A model generated the notes under the pieces. The model searched no databases. It had not been told where the DNA came from and saw nothing but the letters and a program-made list of their open reading frames with translations. A stretch of 64,000 nucleotides of DNA from the human T2T-CHM13v2.0 reference genome, Homo sapiens. The translations under genes were made by a program, and so were the position numbers. Below are positions 30,695-47,487 of this stretch, in pieces. Positions within the stretch are counted from its first letter, which is position 1; each line of letters starts with the position of its first letter. The DNA lies in NCBI RefSeq assembly GCF_009914755.1, contig NC_060933.1; one strand, written 5' to 3'.

Positions 30695-31420
30695 TTAAAC
30701 TTATGAAATGTTTGGTACCATAAAAGAATTAAATATCTAAATCATGGAGCATAATAATTAAACAAATGCCATGAGCCCATTACACATATCTGCAGACCAT
30801 CACCAAGACAAAACACGAAGGAAATTTGTGTACCTCCCACCATACTCTGCCTCCTGCCCAGGTCACCTCATCCTGAATGTTATGTTTTTCATTTCCTTGC
30901 TTTTTCTTTATATTTCCACTGCATGCGTGCGTACACACACACACGCCCCTAAACAATAGATTAATTTTGTTGGCAATTTTTTACTATAGTGAAAAACGCA
31001 TACCAAAATTTACTGTCTGTACCATTTGTGAATGTACAGTTCAGTAGTGTTAAGTATATTCAAGTTGTTGTAAAACATTGTTTTTTGAGCTATATAAAAA
31101 TGGTATCACACTCTACAAATCCTTCTGGGGTGTTTTTTTGCTCAACTTTATGTTTGAGATGCATCCCTTTTGTGGTGGTCTATGTGACTGGTTTGTTCGT
31201 CTTCATTGCAGTAAAACATTGTATTTTAATAATGTATCAATTTGTCCATCCTGCCCTTGAGAGATACTGGGATATTTTCCAAGTTTTGGCTGTTGGGAAC
31301 ATTGCTGCTGTGAATACTCTATACATGTGTCCTTGTGCATTTAGTCACACGGTTCTCCTGGTGCCTCTGCCCAGGTAGAGGAATCACTGGGTCGTGGAAT
31401 GTGCATACCTTTAATTCTGA
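30695..31420 (-). mobile_element. Old L1M fragments
   Basis: Antisense L1ME/MB-like 3' text. Confidence 0.55.
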
Positions 31421-32846
31421 TATATGCGTGCTCTTTCTATGGGCCTGCCTGTAAAGCTCCCCCTGGTGCTAAGCAGCTACCTGCTGTCATTCAGAGAGAG
31501 GTCAGATATTGCTAGCAAGTCTGATCTGCGCATAGCCAAGCACAAGGTGGTGGGTGGGACCAGAGCCCGGTGGCCTAGTTTGAATGTCAGGACCACAGCT
31601 CTCAGCTAAGCTGCTGCACCCTGGCAGCCTGTGCCCAGGGATGTTCCTAGAGCTGATGTTCTGAGGAATAAGGATGATTATGTGGGGTGCTCTGTGTTTC
31701 TGAAAAATTATATAAATGAGGCAGGAAAGACACGCAGTAGTTTGCTCTTTGGGTACACTTGTAGTTAGTTGGTAAGCTGCCCAAGGGCTTTGGCGATTTT
31801 ATTCACTGATGTCTCTGAAGTGCCACAAACCACTTGCTTGGCAGAAGGTGGATGCTTAATAAATGTTTTTGCATAAATGAACAAATGAGTGCACAGTGAA
31901 GAGTTTTCTGTGAGACCTTCCCAAAAAGTCACAGTTCTGTAGGCTAAATATACATAGTTATGGTGTATTTTTAATGTTCAACAGAGCTACTAAAATTTAT
32001 TTTTGCTCTAGTTCCCTTCCTTTACAATTAAGATTTTCTCTTTATCACTTGGCTTAGCAGAGCATATATTCTTTGAATATTATGTTAAGTAGCTAATAGT
32101 TAATTTTATTACCCGTTAACCATAGGTAAGAAGAAGCCTCGCAATCTGATTGGTTTCAGGCACCAGGCAAGTTAATAGCAAGGTCTGATTGGTGGTGGTA
32201 GTGGTAGGAGATTAATCGTCTCTCTGACAAATTTAATTTAAATTACGCTTGCAGGCATCACAGGACACTTAAAGATGGTAGCATCCCATTATTGAAGGGC
32301 TGTGAATTTCAAAAGCCAGATTCATTCTACTTGAGCCACATTTAAAAAATAAAATTTTGCAGGAACTCATTTATTTGGCTAAATGATAAACAAATTTAAA
32401 TCCAAAACTTTGAAGAGTTTATAGTTTTAAATTCCAAAATAGAAATGTATTTTAAAAGTAATGTACTCATAAAAATATTCTCTATAATAGCACAGCTCCT
32501 TGGGATATTCAACATTTTTTTGGTATGTAGCATTGCCCAATCCTGGGGATGATTGTCATAGTCCCAGTTAGTTTTTTTTCCTGATAATTTTAAAGTAAGT
32601 TTTGTGGGGAGGATGTCATGTAATTTTTTTTCCCCCTTAATTCATGGGGCTATAACTATATCCAAAGAAGAGTTGGCAAATATATTTATTTTACCACAAC
32701 TTCTAGATTAATTCACTTTGTTGAAATTTGACAGCTTTAAGGTACAAGAAGGCATTGAGAAGATGAGCTTGGAGAAGTGGGCATGCTCATAAGGTCATTT
32801 CTGGGTGGTAGTGGCTTAGTTTTACTAAGGCCACATCTAAAACTGA

Positions 32847-33572
<726 letters not shown>

Positions 33573-33807
33573 AACTTTTTAACAAATATGTACAACTTCA
33601 TTAAAATCTTGGAAAATTTATTGTGCTTCCACATATTGGAAAATGCTGTTTTAGACACATGCAGAATTCCAGAGAGGTATGGCTATAGAGCACATCTAGA
33701 AAGTCAGACCATGAGCACCTGAGTTTTTAGTTCACCCACCTCACGTATGCTATCAAAGAAGCAGAGAGCCACGAATTTGATACAAACTTTCTTTAAGAAA
33801 ATTTGTA

Positions 33808-34119
33808 GGCTGGGCACGGTGTCTCACACCTGTAATCCCGGCATTTTGGGAGGCTAAGGCAGGCGGACCATTTGAGGTCAGGAGTTTGAGATGAGCCTGG
33901 CCAACATGGTGAAACCGTGTCTCTACCAAAAATACAAAAAAATGAGCTGGGTGTGGTGGCGCACAACTGTAATCCCAGCTACTCGGGAGGCTGAGGTATG
34001 CGAATCACTTGAACCCAGGAGGCAGAGGTTGCAGTGAACCTAGATCACACCCCTGCATTCCAGCCTGGGTGACAGAGTGAGACCCCGTCCCCCCCCCCCC
34101 CCCCCAAAAAAAAAAAAAA
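33808..34119 (+). mobile_element. AluS with C17 run before the A tail
   Basis: Full-length; C at 34089-34105. Confidence 0.9.
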
Positions 34120-34549
34120 GTAGCAGCAGTCAGTGCTTCAGTTATATTAATTGAATGATGAATGAATAGTGTATCCATCTCTAGATGTATTAAAAAGAAA
34201 AAACTTTGAGTGCCTACTCTGTGTGCCAGACACTGTTGTAGCAGATAATGGGACAAAGATGAGTAGGATACAAAAATTTCACCTGAAAATTCACTTTTAT
34301 TTTTTAAAATTGAAGAACAGTCGTCACAGTGAACAGACTTTAAGTAATTGGGGAGTTTTACATAATTTAGATAATAATCTTTTGGAATGTTTACATATTT
34401 CCTTGTGTTGATGGGCCTTCATTTAATCTAAATCTTGCACTTTTGGGCTGCTTGCGTCCCTGGCACCCCAGGCCCCATTCACCACCCAGTCCCAGGATTG
34501 CTGGTAGCACAGATCTCTTCTTCTGGCCTTTTTCAGGTATTTTGAGTTC

Positions 34550-34827
34550 TTTTTTTTTTTTTTTTTTCTTATTAAATATACAGATGGGGTCTCACTATGT
34601 TGCTCAGGTTGGTCGTAAACTCCTGCACTCAACTGATCACCCCGCCTCAGCCTCCTGAGTAGCTGGGACTATGGCATGTGCCACCATGCCTGGCTAACTT
34701 TAAAAATTTTTTGTAGAGATGGGGTCTCACTATGTTGCACAGGCTGGCCTTGAACTCCTAGGCTCAAGCGATCCTCTCGCTTCAGCCTGAGTGCTGGAAA
34801 TACGGACGTGAGCCACTGCACCCAGCC
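34550..34827 (-). mobile_element. Dimer of two left-type (FLAM-like) Alu arms
   Basis: Both arms lack the right-arm insertion. Confidence 0.7.
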
Positions 34828-34858
34828 CTCTTCTAATTTCTTAAAACATAAACACATA

Positions 34859-35168
34859 GTCCGGGTGGCTTGGTGGCTCATGCCTGTAATCCCAGCACTT
34901 TGGGAGGCCGAGGCAGGTGGATCACAAGGTCAGGAGTTTGAGACCAGCCTGATCAACATGGTGAAGCCCCATCTCTACTAAAATACAAAAATTAGCCGGG
35001 CGTGGTAGTGCGCACCTGTAATCCTAGCTACCTAAGAGACTGAGTCAGGAGAATCGCTTGAACCTGGGAGGCGGAGGTTGCAGTGAGTGAAGATCACGCC
35101 ACTGTACTCCAGCCTGGGCGACAGAACGAGACTCCGTCTCAAACAAAACAAAACAAAACAAAAAACCA
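34859..35168 (+). mobile_element. AluS (Sg-like) with (AAAAC)n tail
   Basis: Full-length Alu. Confidence 0.9.
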
Positions 35169-36351
35169 ACATATACACATATTATAGATACTCCATTTTT
35201 GTCTGTGGCTGGTATTTCAAATATTTAAAGTCTTTGATTCTTCAGTTTATGTTTCTTTTACCTCTCACTCATGGTGATGTGCATGTTTAAATTGTGGGCT
35301 CATTTCCTTGGATACATACTATCTGGGGAATCTTTGAGGGCTGTGTTTGAGTGTGATCTCTGGAGAGGATTCGCATCTGCCTCTGTGTACTTGGTGGTAT
35401 GGCCAGTGCAGAGCCCCAGTAGGCATGAGTGTTTGGCAGGGTGTGGTCACGTCTGTAATATGAACGCCCAAACCTGTGTGAATACAGGTCTGTTGATAGA
35501 AATTCTCCAGGGTTTTATTTTTAGTTATTTCCACTCTACCCATAGCCAAGGATGAGACAGTCACTGCATCTCCATCTGTGTGCTGGTATTTTTTTCCCCT
35601 AATAGATCCACCCAGACCTGATCTCCCACCCTGTTTGGATCCCCAGCCTCCTCTAAATGCCTGCTTCAGTGCTGGCTTATCTCTGTGGTTCTGAGTGTTC
35701 TTGGCATTTCTAGCTTTCTCACAGGCAGCCTGCATTTAATGGATTATTATTTTTAAAATGATACCACCAGTTGTAGTTTTTTCTGGATACCTACTTTGGA
35801 ATATTGTCAGAGATGGAAGTCCCAGTGGTCTATTTATGAAGACATTCATCTTTCATACTCAGTGATACAGATGGAGAAAAAGCCGAAAGATCCCGCAGAT
35901 CACCCAATTGGGCATACCCTATGATAAGGCTAAGGATATTTTTAGACATAAACATGCAGAAAACTTGCCTACGAGGTCACCTTTGACAGGAAGAGGGGGA
36001 GAATGATTTTAAAAAAAGAATCTATTTGAAACTAGATATTTTTAAAGGGGTTTTATGATGATAATGTTTTGGAATAGTGATAATAAAAGGACTCAGCACT
36101 TAACATTCCATTCTTTTTAGGGTCTGTCTCTCACTATGTATTTCACTTACCTTTCAAGTATTGTTTCTAGTTTCATTTCATTGAAGGAGAGTGTGTTTGA
36201 AAATAGGTAGCATAATGAACAGATATTAACTCTTTTTTGGTATAGAAAGTGTGAGCTGGACTTTATGTCGAGGCATTTTGAATGATAATTTTATTTCTAG
36301 CATTGAAAAGGTTGTGGTTTTCATCAGATTGGTTTTGTTCTTTTAAAACAG

Positions 36352-36405
36352 GCCCCAGGCATGGAAGAGCTGATATGGGAACAGTACACTGTGACCCTAC
36401 AAAAG
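36352..36405 (+). CDS. TJP2: TJP2 exon 2 (APGMEELIWEQYTVTLQK); ATG 36361 starts the short isoforms
   Basis: acag|GCC...AAG|gtgagt, 54 nt; start of PDZ1. Confidence 0.97.
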
Positions 36406-36743
36406 GTGAGTTCTGCACATTTCATATATTCTACAGTCATGTTCTTGATTTTACGGATCATGGATCTTATTTATTTTCACCTACACACAGTTTTGGCTTT
36501 TTTTTCCCCTTGAGGTACATAATGTATTATAGATACTAACTGGCAATAATTGCTATGTTAACAAAGATTTGCATGCTATTGTATTTTTTGATTAAGGACT
36601 GTTTAGTATGGAACATTTTAGAGGTTATTTAGTGTATACTCTTATCTCCAGCTAGAACAGGTTATGAAAGAGAGAAAAGAAAGGGAAGAATGAAAATGAC
36701 CTGTACTGTTTAAGGATGTGGAGGGAGCTTTTTACAACTTCTG

Positions 36744-36853
36744 TAATTTTAATTATGACATATTATACATACCTTATGTATTAAGGTATAATACATAAGG
36801 TATAATACCTTATGTATTAAGGTATAATTTTAATTATGACATATTATACATAC
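36744..36853. repeat. Complex direct/inverted micro-duplication
   Basis: 29-bp direct repeats overlapping a forward-inverted-forward 15-bp unit. Confidence 0.9.
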
Positions 36854-36909
36854 ATAACTCTTAAAAAGTGTAGCATCCAAGAGACTGTAAGTCATTTGTG
36901 TGAGGCTGA

Positions 36910-37290
<381 letters not shown>

Positions 37291-37971
37291 TGATTTTCCT
37301 GGTTTTTCTGCAGGGTTTCTTCTTCTGGCTCTGAATTCCTCCAAGGTCTGACATCTCCTAGAGGGACCATAAGTTCCTCATAGGAAGAGTTTTCCTTTGA
37401 CCCTCAGAACTGTGAGCTTCAAGCTTTGTCTTCTATGAAAATTAAAGACATTCCCGAATTTAATGTTTATTGAATTAATCCAGGTAGAAAAAAATGTCTC
37501 TGGGCCAGTGCCCAGGTACCCAGACTTCCAGATCAGTAATCACAATTTCCTCATTTGAGGGGTTTTGTCTGCTTAGGTCTTATTTTTCAACTTTCCTCGT
37601 CTTTCTGACTCTCCTCTGCCCTTTCCCTGAGCATTTCATGCATTCCTTGAGTTGTGGACCCAAAATTGGCAGAGGTCAGAGATTTTTTTAGGCTTGGCAT
37701 AGAGGATGGAGCTGCCTCTGTCTAAAACCAGGTGCCGGCTGGTGGTGCTGCCAAATTCAAAGCCATGTGATTAATAGACAACACCCCCAACCTGTTTTGA
37801 GTTTGTAATTGTGTATAATCAGTCAGCATAGTGGGCCTCACGTGGGAAACTTTCCTTGGAAAGGAAGATTTTCTTTTAGTCTCGGAGTAAATTTTTATAT
37901 AATCGAACCCAGATTTAAGAATATACAGTCAAATATACTCATATTATCTGGATGAAACTGGGCTTAGATAC

Positions 37972-38772
37972 ATATATATATTTTTGAAATGGAGTCTCAT
38001 TCAGTTGCCCAGGCTGGAGTGTAATTGCATGATCTCAGCTCACTGCAACCTTCACCTCCTAGGTTCAAGTGATTTTCCTGCTCCAGCCTCCTAAGTAGCT
38101 GGGATTACAGGGGTGTGCCACCACACCTGGCTAATTTTTGTATTTTTAGTAGAGATGGGGTTTTGCCATGTTGGCCAGGCTGATCTCGAACTCCTGGACT
38201 CAAGCAATTCACCCGCCTTGGCCTCCCGAAGTGCTGGGATTACAGGTGTGAGCCACCGCACCTGGCCCAGACTTAGCTTTTTAAAACACAAATGAATTAG
38301 GATTATGTATTATCTATGCTCACCATTGTGCATTGCTAGACTGATCATGGATGTAATAAATCTTATTTCCGATCTTCCATGCATGAAGAAAAGGGTTTAG
38401 TGCTTTGCTTTTCATGAGATCTCAACACATATTTTACATTCAAATTTTATCTTTAAAATCCAGTTACGGGCCGGGCGCAGTAGCTCACGCCTGTAATCCC
38501 CACACTTTGGGAGGCAGAGACAGGTGGATCACAAGGTCAGGAGATCGAGACCATCCTGGCCAACATGGTGAAACCCTCCCTGTCTCTCTACTAAAAATAC
38601 AAAAATTAGCTGGGTGTGGTGGCACATGCCTGTAGTCCCAGCTACTCAGGAGGCTGAGGCAGGAGAATCACTTGAACCTAGGAGGCAGGGGTTGCAGTGA
38701 GCCAGCACCACTGCACTCCAGCCTGGCAACAGAGCAAGACTCCATCTCAAAAAAAAAAAAAAAACAAACAAA
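37972..38772. mobile_element. Inverted Alu pair (37972-38268 minus, 38469-38772 plus)
   Basis: Alu motifs. Confidence 0.88.
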
Positions 38773-38869
38773 TCCATTTACTTCTTTTTCACTGTATGTT
38801 GAAATGAAACTACCAACACATCTACTTTGAAGTTAAAGGTATACTTTAAAAATATAATTTTAGGCAGAC

Positions 38870-39220
38870 ATAAGAAAGAACGAAATATGTCCTTTGCAGC
38901 AACACGAATGTACCTGGAGGCCATTATCCTAAGCAAATTAATGCTGAAACAGAAAACCAAATACTGCATGTTCTCACTTAGAAGTGGGAGCTAAACATTG
39001 GGTACACACAGACACAAGGACAGGAACAGTAAACACTGGGAATTCCAAAAGTACGGAGGGAGGGAGAGGAGCAAAGTTTGAAAAACTACTTCTTGGGTAC
39101 TGTGTTCGGTACTTGAGTGACAGGATCATTAGAAGCCCAAACCTCAGCATCAGACAATACCCATATATAACAAACCTGCACATGTACTCCTGAATCTAAA
39201 ATAAAAATAAAATTAAAAAG
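38870..39220 (+). mobile_element. L1PB/L1MA 3' end, sense orientation
   Basis: tttgcagcaac...ggaggccattatcctaag...caaacctgcacatgtac...aataaa. Confidence 0.85.
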
Positions 39221-39273
39221 GATTGGCTAGCACTGGGAAGAGCAGTCTTTTCCCGCCCAGCTAGAAAGTTGTG

Positions 39274-39800
39274 GTTTTTTTTTTTTTGTTTTTTAGAGAC
39301 TTCTCCATTTGCCCAATTTAAAGTGCAAAAGCTGCCTTGGCTTGTTGAAGCCTTGACCTCACAGGCTCAGGTGATTCTCCCACCTCAGCCTCCCAAGTAT
39401 CTGGGACTATGGATGTGCACCACCATGACCAGCTATTTTTTTCTATTTCTAGTAAAGACAGGGTTTTGCCATGTTGTCCAGGCTGGTCTTGAGCTGCTGG
39501 ACTCAAGCAATCTGCCTGCATTGGCCTCCCAAAGTGCTGGGATTATAGACATGAGCCATGAGCCTAGGCAGAAGGTTTTTTTTTTTTTTAATATGTCAAA
39601 ACATCACAATATACAGAAGAATTAAAAATATTTACAGTACAGGCCAGGCACAATGGCTGTCTGTTGTAATCCCAGTGCTTTGGGAGGTTGAGACAGGAGG
39701 CTCATTTGAGCCCAGAAATTTGAGGCTGTAGTGAGTAGTGATCACACCGCTGCACTCCAGCCTAGCAACAGATCAAAACTCTGTCTCTTAAAAAACAAAT
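39274..39800. mobile_element. AluJ (39274-39569, minus) and Alu monomer (39642-39800, plus)
   Basis: Degenerate Alu motifs. Confidence 0.8.
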
Positions 39801-40176
39801 ACAATAAGGAAATCTGAAAATTAAAAAATACAGTTTTAGTACAGGTTCAGTTTTTACTGAAGTTGTTCCAGCTCGGGCCAGCATGATGCAAAGAGGTACA
39901 ACTGGTGCTTCAAACAGTACGTCCCTATTTGGACTGAAGACATTGTTTCCTATCCCGGCCAGCTTCTAGTGATAACTCCAGTCTGCACTATCAATCTTTT
40001 CCAGCCTCTACAGGCTGTTTCTTTCAGATAAGGAATTTCCCTTTATAAACCTGTCAGCTGACAATGACTATGCTTTGTTTTGTTTCTCATTTGTTTCTGT
40101 AAGCCCATCTGTTCCTGAACAGTCTCTGGTTATTGATTTGACCTTTATTTTATTGAGTGCTTGTAATAAATCCTGA

Positions 40177-40350
<174 letters not shown>

Positions 40351-40863
40351 TGAGTGTCCTCCCTCGCCCCGCAGCCCCTACCAGCCCTACTGGTTGGCCC
40401 TAGACGGGGTATTTTGGTTGGTGTCCACTTTATTTAAAAAAAAGAAAAAAATAACAAACTTTTATATAATATTTGAAAAGTCTTCAAGCTGGAATGGAAG
40501 CCATAACACACCATGTTTGAATAATGCCCAAACCTTGGGAACACCCCAGCTTTGGAGCGAGGAGGGCAGTTGTTTCCGTAAGAAGATAGTTCCAAACATC
40601 CCTCCTAGGTTTAGGAATCATTTCTGAACATGGAGTTTTAAATTGGCATGCTTCTCAACCCCGATGCTTAACCAACACTGTTTATGTTTGTTTTAATTTA
40701 TATTCTTTAAGAATTTAATGAGGAGACTTTGGTTTATTGATTATCTTATTTGTAAGAGTGATGTGGAAGTTGGGACAATTTACTATAGGAAAACCACAAG
40801 TTTTCCAACTGCCAGCTTTCTGACCTGAAGAAGTAACACCATTTTATTTTAATTTTTAATAAA

Positions 40864-41583
40864 TTTTTTCTTTTCTTTTTTTTTTTTTTTTCAGACAGAG
40901 TCTTGCTCTGTCACCCAGTCTGGATTGCAGTGGTGCGATCTCAGCTCACTGCAACCATCACCTTCCGAGTTCAAGCAATTCTCTTCTGCCTCAGCCACCT
41001 GAGTAGCTGGGATTACAGGTGCCTGCCACCACTCCCAGCTAATTTTTGTATTTTTAGTAGAGACGGGTTTTCGCCATGTTGGCTAGGCTGGTGTCAAACT
41101 CCTGACCTGAAGTGATCTGCCCACCTCGGCCTCCCAAAGTGCTGGGATTACAGGCATGAGCCACCATACCCAGCTGGTAACACCATTTTACATGATACAT
41201 GCCTGATTCCCACAGGATAACTTCTCAGGACGAAGTCTAAAGTTAACTGTATGGCTGCATTGGATAAATAGCTCAAAAGTTTAGGTTTTGTTGGTGTTTA
41301 AAGCCTCTGTGAACTAAGCACAGTGGCTCACGCCTATAATCCTGCACTTTGGGAGGCTGAGGTGGCAGGAACGCTTGAGGCCAGGTGTTCAAGATCAGCC
41401 TGGGCAACCTAGTGAGACCCTGTTGGGATGGCATGTACCTACTCGGGTCCCAGCTACTTGGGAGGCTAAGGTGAGAGAATCCTTTGAGCTCGGGAAGTTG
41501 AGGTTGCGGTGAGCTATCATCAGTCACACTACTGCAGTCCTTCCTGGGTGAGAGAGGGAAACCATGCCTCTTAAAAAATAAAA
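40864..41583. mobile_element. AluS (40864-41174, minus) and degenerate AluJ (41313-41583, plus)
   Basis: Alu motifs. Confidence 0.85.
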
Positions 41584-42100
41584 TTATAGTTAAGAAAGTC
41601 TCTATAGTTTTATCAAAGTTAGTAGTCTTTCATATGGAGAAATGCAAAATTTTAAAGTAATATTTGGGATGAACTGGAACAATAGGATTCTGTGATCTCA
41701 AAATTTCTTAAGAATCCAAGGCAAGCCCTTTTCCTGCACAAAAGCACAAATGGATATACACCTACTTGGAAGGAGTGTTTTTAGACTTTTCTGAAGCCCA
41801 CCGTGCACCTCAGGCAATAGGGGACTGATAGAGAAATTCCTTTTGTGTCCAGACCTCACCGTCATCAAGTACCTCCTGGTGTGATGCTGTGGTTTGGGGA
41901 GATCAGGCCTCTCTCTTCCCAGATGATTTCCATTTAGACACTCAGAATTGAGCTGTATGGCCCCCAGTTCCTTTCTTTGGAAGATCTCAGGCCAAGTTGA
42001 CTGGGCCTTGGGCGCCACTAGACACTGAGCCCTTTAGAAAGCCTTTCAGGTCTATTTGCTGCTTCTATTTGTTCCTAAATAAATAATTTACAATGAATAG

Positions 42101-42274
<174 letters not shown>

Positions 42275-42837
42275 TAATAGCATTTTGGTTTTTTGCCCAG
42301 AAGAAAATTACCCCTTGCTTTTAAGCATTTGACAGAATTACATAACCTAGGGACCGCTGTTCTTGGATCCTCAGTACTTTTGGAGGGGTGTGAAGATATG
42401 TGTAAGTTATCTTCCTACTTTTCCTTGTGTCTTCTCCTGAGGCCAGTGATTCTCTGATCTGAGTTAGTTTGCCTTAGGAACCAAGTTAGGCAATTATTCC
42501 CTAAGAGAATTAGCTAGATTCAGAATACTGGTAAAATAGTATTAATTTAGAAAAAAACTTTCAGCTCAAAAACTCACTTGTAAAGGCCCAAGCAAGGTAT
42601 ATTATATCTTCATAGACTAAGAGTTTCATTAGAAGACTGTCTATAATCTTCATTCATCTATTCCTTCATTCATTCACTGGCTGAGAATCAACTGTGAGCT
42701 GGATGCCATTAGGCCCTGGGGCCAATCTGTGTTGCAAGATGTGTTCACTCCAGTGGGGCAGGTAGACACACACAGTGAGAATGGTAATAAAGTGTGCTTA
42801 GGGGCAATGCTAGTAGGCATATACCCACATATATGGT

Positions 42838-43153
<316 letters not shown>

Positions 43154-43482
43154 ACATATATGGTATTTAATGTTTTTCAACTTTATATTATGAAGATTTT
43201 CAAAGAAAAAGGAAAGTTGAAAGATCAGTGTAATAAACATTTATCTTCTAAAATATTACTATTCTGCCATCTTTACTTGGTCTCTGTATGTATATAAACA
43301 CTCATGTCTTTCTGGGCAACCTTGCGAAGGAAAGTTACAGACATGACAGTTCATTTCTACTTACTTCACATGCATTTCCTATGAATGAGGACATTCATCT
43401 ATATAATACTATTATCCGATCTAAGAAAAGTAATAATTTTACAGTATTATCTAAAATCCAGTCCATATCTCAAGATGTCTTT

Positions 43483-43607
43483 TTCATTTTTAGAGATGGG
43501 ATCTTGTTGTGTTTCCCAGACTGATCTTGATCTCCTGGGTTCAAGCGATCCTTCCACCTCAGCCTCCCAAGGTGCTGGGATTACAGGTGTGAGCCACCAT
43601 ACGCAGC
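43483..43607 (-). mobile_element. FLAM inserted in old L1M
   Basis: TSD tctcaa(g/a)atgtcttt. Confidence 0.8.
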
Positions 43608-43762
43608 TCTCAAAATGTCTTTGATATATGTTTTCTTCCCTATCCAGGATCCAAAGTTCACTCATTGCATTTAATCATTATCTCTTTAGTTCCTTTTAAT
43701 CTAGAAGGGTTCCTCTTTCCCCTTGCCCCTCTACCCCACCCCCCACTTTAAAAATGGCATTG

Positions 43763-44053
43763 GGCCAGGTTCAGTGGTTCACGCCAGCACTTTGGGAGAT
43801 GGAGGCAGGCAGATCACCTGAGGTCAGGAGTTCGAGACCAGCCTGGCCAACATGGTGAAACCCCGTCTCTACTAAAAATACAAAAATTAGCCAGGCATGG
43901 TGGTGTGCGCCTGTAATCCCAGCTATCGGGAGGGTGAGGCACGAGAATCGCTTGAACCTGGGAGGCGGAGGTTGCAGTGAGCTGAGTACAGTCCAGCCTG
44001 GGCAACAGAGCGAGACTTTGTCTTAATAATAAATTAAATAAATAAATAAATAA
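43763..44053 (+). mobile_element. AluS with (AAAT)n tail
   Basis: Alu motifs; ggcattg on both flanks. Confidence 0.88.
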
Positions 44054-44069
44054 GGCATTGACTTTTCTT

Positions 44070-44425
44070 CCTTAAAATTTTAAAAATTTATGCATAATGC
44101 ATAGTTATAGGGTATGTGTGATTAATTTAATACATTAATATGATTTGTAAAATTCAGATGAGATTGGGCACGTTCAGGATGGTATGGCTGTAGACATGAT
44201 TTGTAAAATTCAAATCAGTGTATTTGGAATATCCATCACCTTAAATAATTGTCTTTTCTTTATGGTAGAAACGTTCAGATTATTTTCTTCCAGCTATTTT
44301 GGAATGTACAGTAGATTCCTGTAAGCTGTAGTCACCCTACCGATCTAACATTAGGTCTTATTTCTTCTATCAGACCATATATTTGTACCCATCAATCAAC
44401 TTCTCTTTATCCGCCTTTGCCCCCT
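44070..44425 (-). mobile_element. L1MA-type 3' end hosting the 5S retrocopy
   Basis: atatccatcaccttaaa...agctattttg...gtagtcacccta...ttgtacccat. Confidence 0.75.
44154..44195 (-). pseudogene. 3'-truncated (tailless) 5S rRNA retrocopy, nt 1-42
   Basis: Reverse complement GTCTACAGCCATACCATCCTGAACGTGCCCAATCTCATCTGA vs 5S GTCTACGGCCATACCACCCTGAACGCGCCCGATCTCGTCTGA; 17-bp TSD atgatttgtaaaattca at 44140-44156 and 44196-44212. Confidence 0.93.
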
Positions 44426-44765
44426 TGGCAGCTATGTATAGAATGTCACACTTTCTGGATTTTTGTTTTTTGAGTTTTATAACTTAGTGATTTGGGCCTC
44501 TGAGACTTTTCAAACTTGAGTAGAAGCAGATTTTGGAGATACTATTTTATTATTACCTTAATTCAAGGCCCTGTACTCAGAGCTTCACGGTCATTGTCCT
44601 ATTCTAACCCTGTGAGATTTTTATTGTCCGTTTCCGGATGAGGAACCTGAACCTTAGTGAGTCGGCAGGGATACGGTTTTCCTGAAACCAGAACCAGGGC
44701 TCTTAACCACTGCCTTCTCCACATTCAGTTGTGATTGTCCTGCGTCCACACTGAGTTTGTTTTGA

Positions 44766-46350
<1,585 letters not shown>

Positions 46351-46575
46351 GAGCTATCTCTTAATTGCACTTAACCAGCATTGTACCCAGCATTGACCTA
46401 AATGCCTAACACCAATTCGTTCGTTTAATCCTCAGAACTACCTCATGAGGGAGGACTCTTGTTTCTCCATTTTATAGACAAGGAAACTGAGGCACAAAAG
46501 GTTCATTGATATACACAAAGTTGTGTCATCATTGGAAGAGCCAGGCTTCAGAATTTTGGCTTTAAACTAGGAGAC

Positions 46576-47060
46576 CAGTGGTTCTCAAAGCAGTGCATCA
46601 CCTGGGCACCCCTTAGAAATGCAGACTCTCAGGCCCAACCCAGTCCCACCAGCTCAGAAACCATGGGGTGGAGCCAGGTGCAGTGGCTCACACCTGTAAT
46701 CCCAGCACTATGGGAGGCCGAGGTGGGCGGATGACTTGAGGTCAGGAGTTGGAGACCAGCCTGGCCAACATGATGAAACCCCATCTCTACTAAAAATGCA
46801 AAAATTAGGTGGGCGTGGTGGTGGGTGCCTGTAATCCCCACTTCTCTGGAGGCTGAGGCAGGAGAATAGCTTGAACCCCAAGGGGCAGAGGTTGCAGTAG
46901 CAGAGATCATGTCACTGCACTCCAGCCTGGGTGACAGAGCGAGACTCTGTCTTGAAAAAAAAAAAAAAAAAAAAAAAGAAACCATGGGGTGGGCCCTCAG
47001 AGTCTCTATGTTAATAAGCTCTCCTAGTGGCCTTGCTGCATCTCAAGTGGAAAACCACAG
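46576..47060. mobile_element. MER5-like element split by a sense AluS (46672-46977)
   Basis: cagtggttctcaaag start; Alu TSD agaaaccatggggtgg. Confidence 0.8.
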
Positions 47061-47162
47061 TGGAGGACAGTACTCCGCCTAATCATTGTTGAGTTTCTGC
47101 TCTATGCAAGGGCTATGTTGAATATTCTTTTACGTAGTCCTCACAAGAACCTTGTGTGTTAG

Positions 47163-47487
<325 letters not shown>

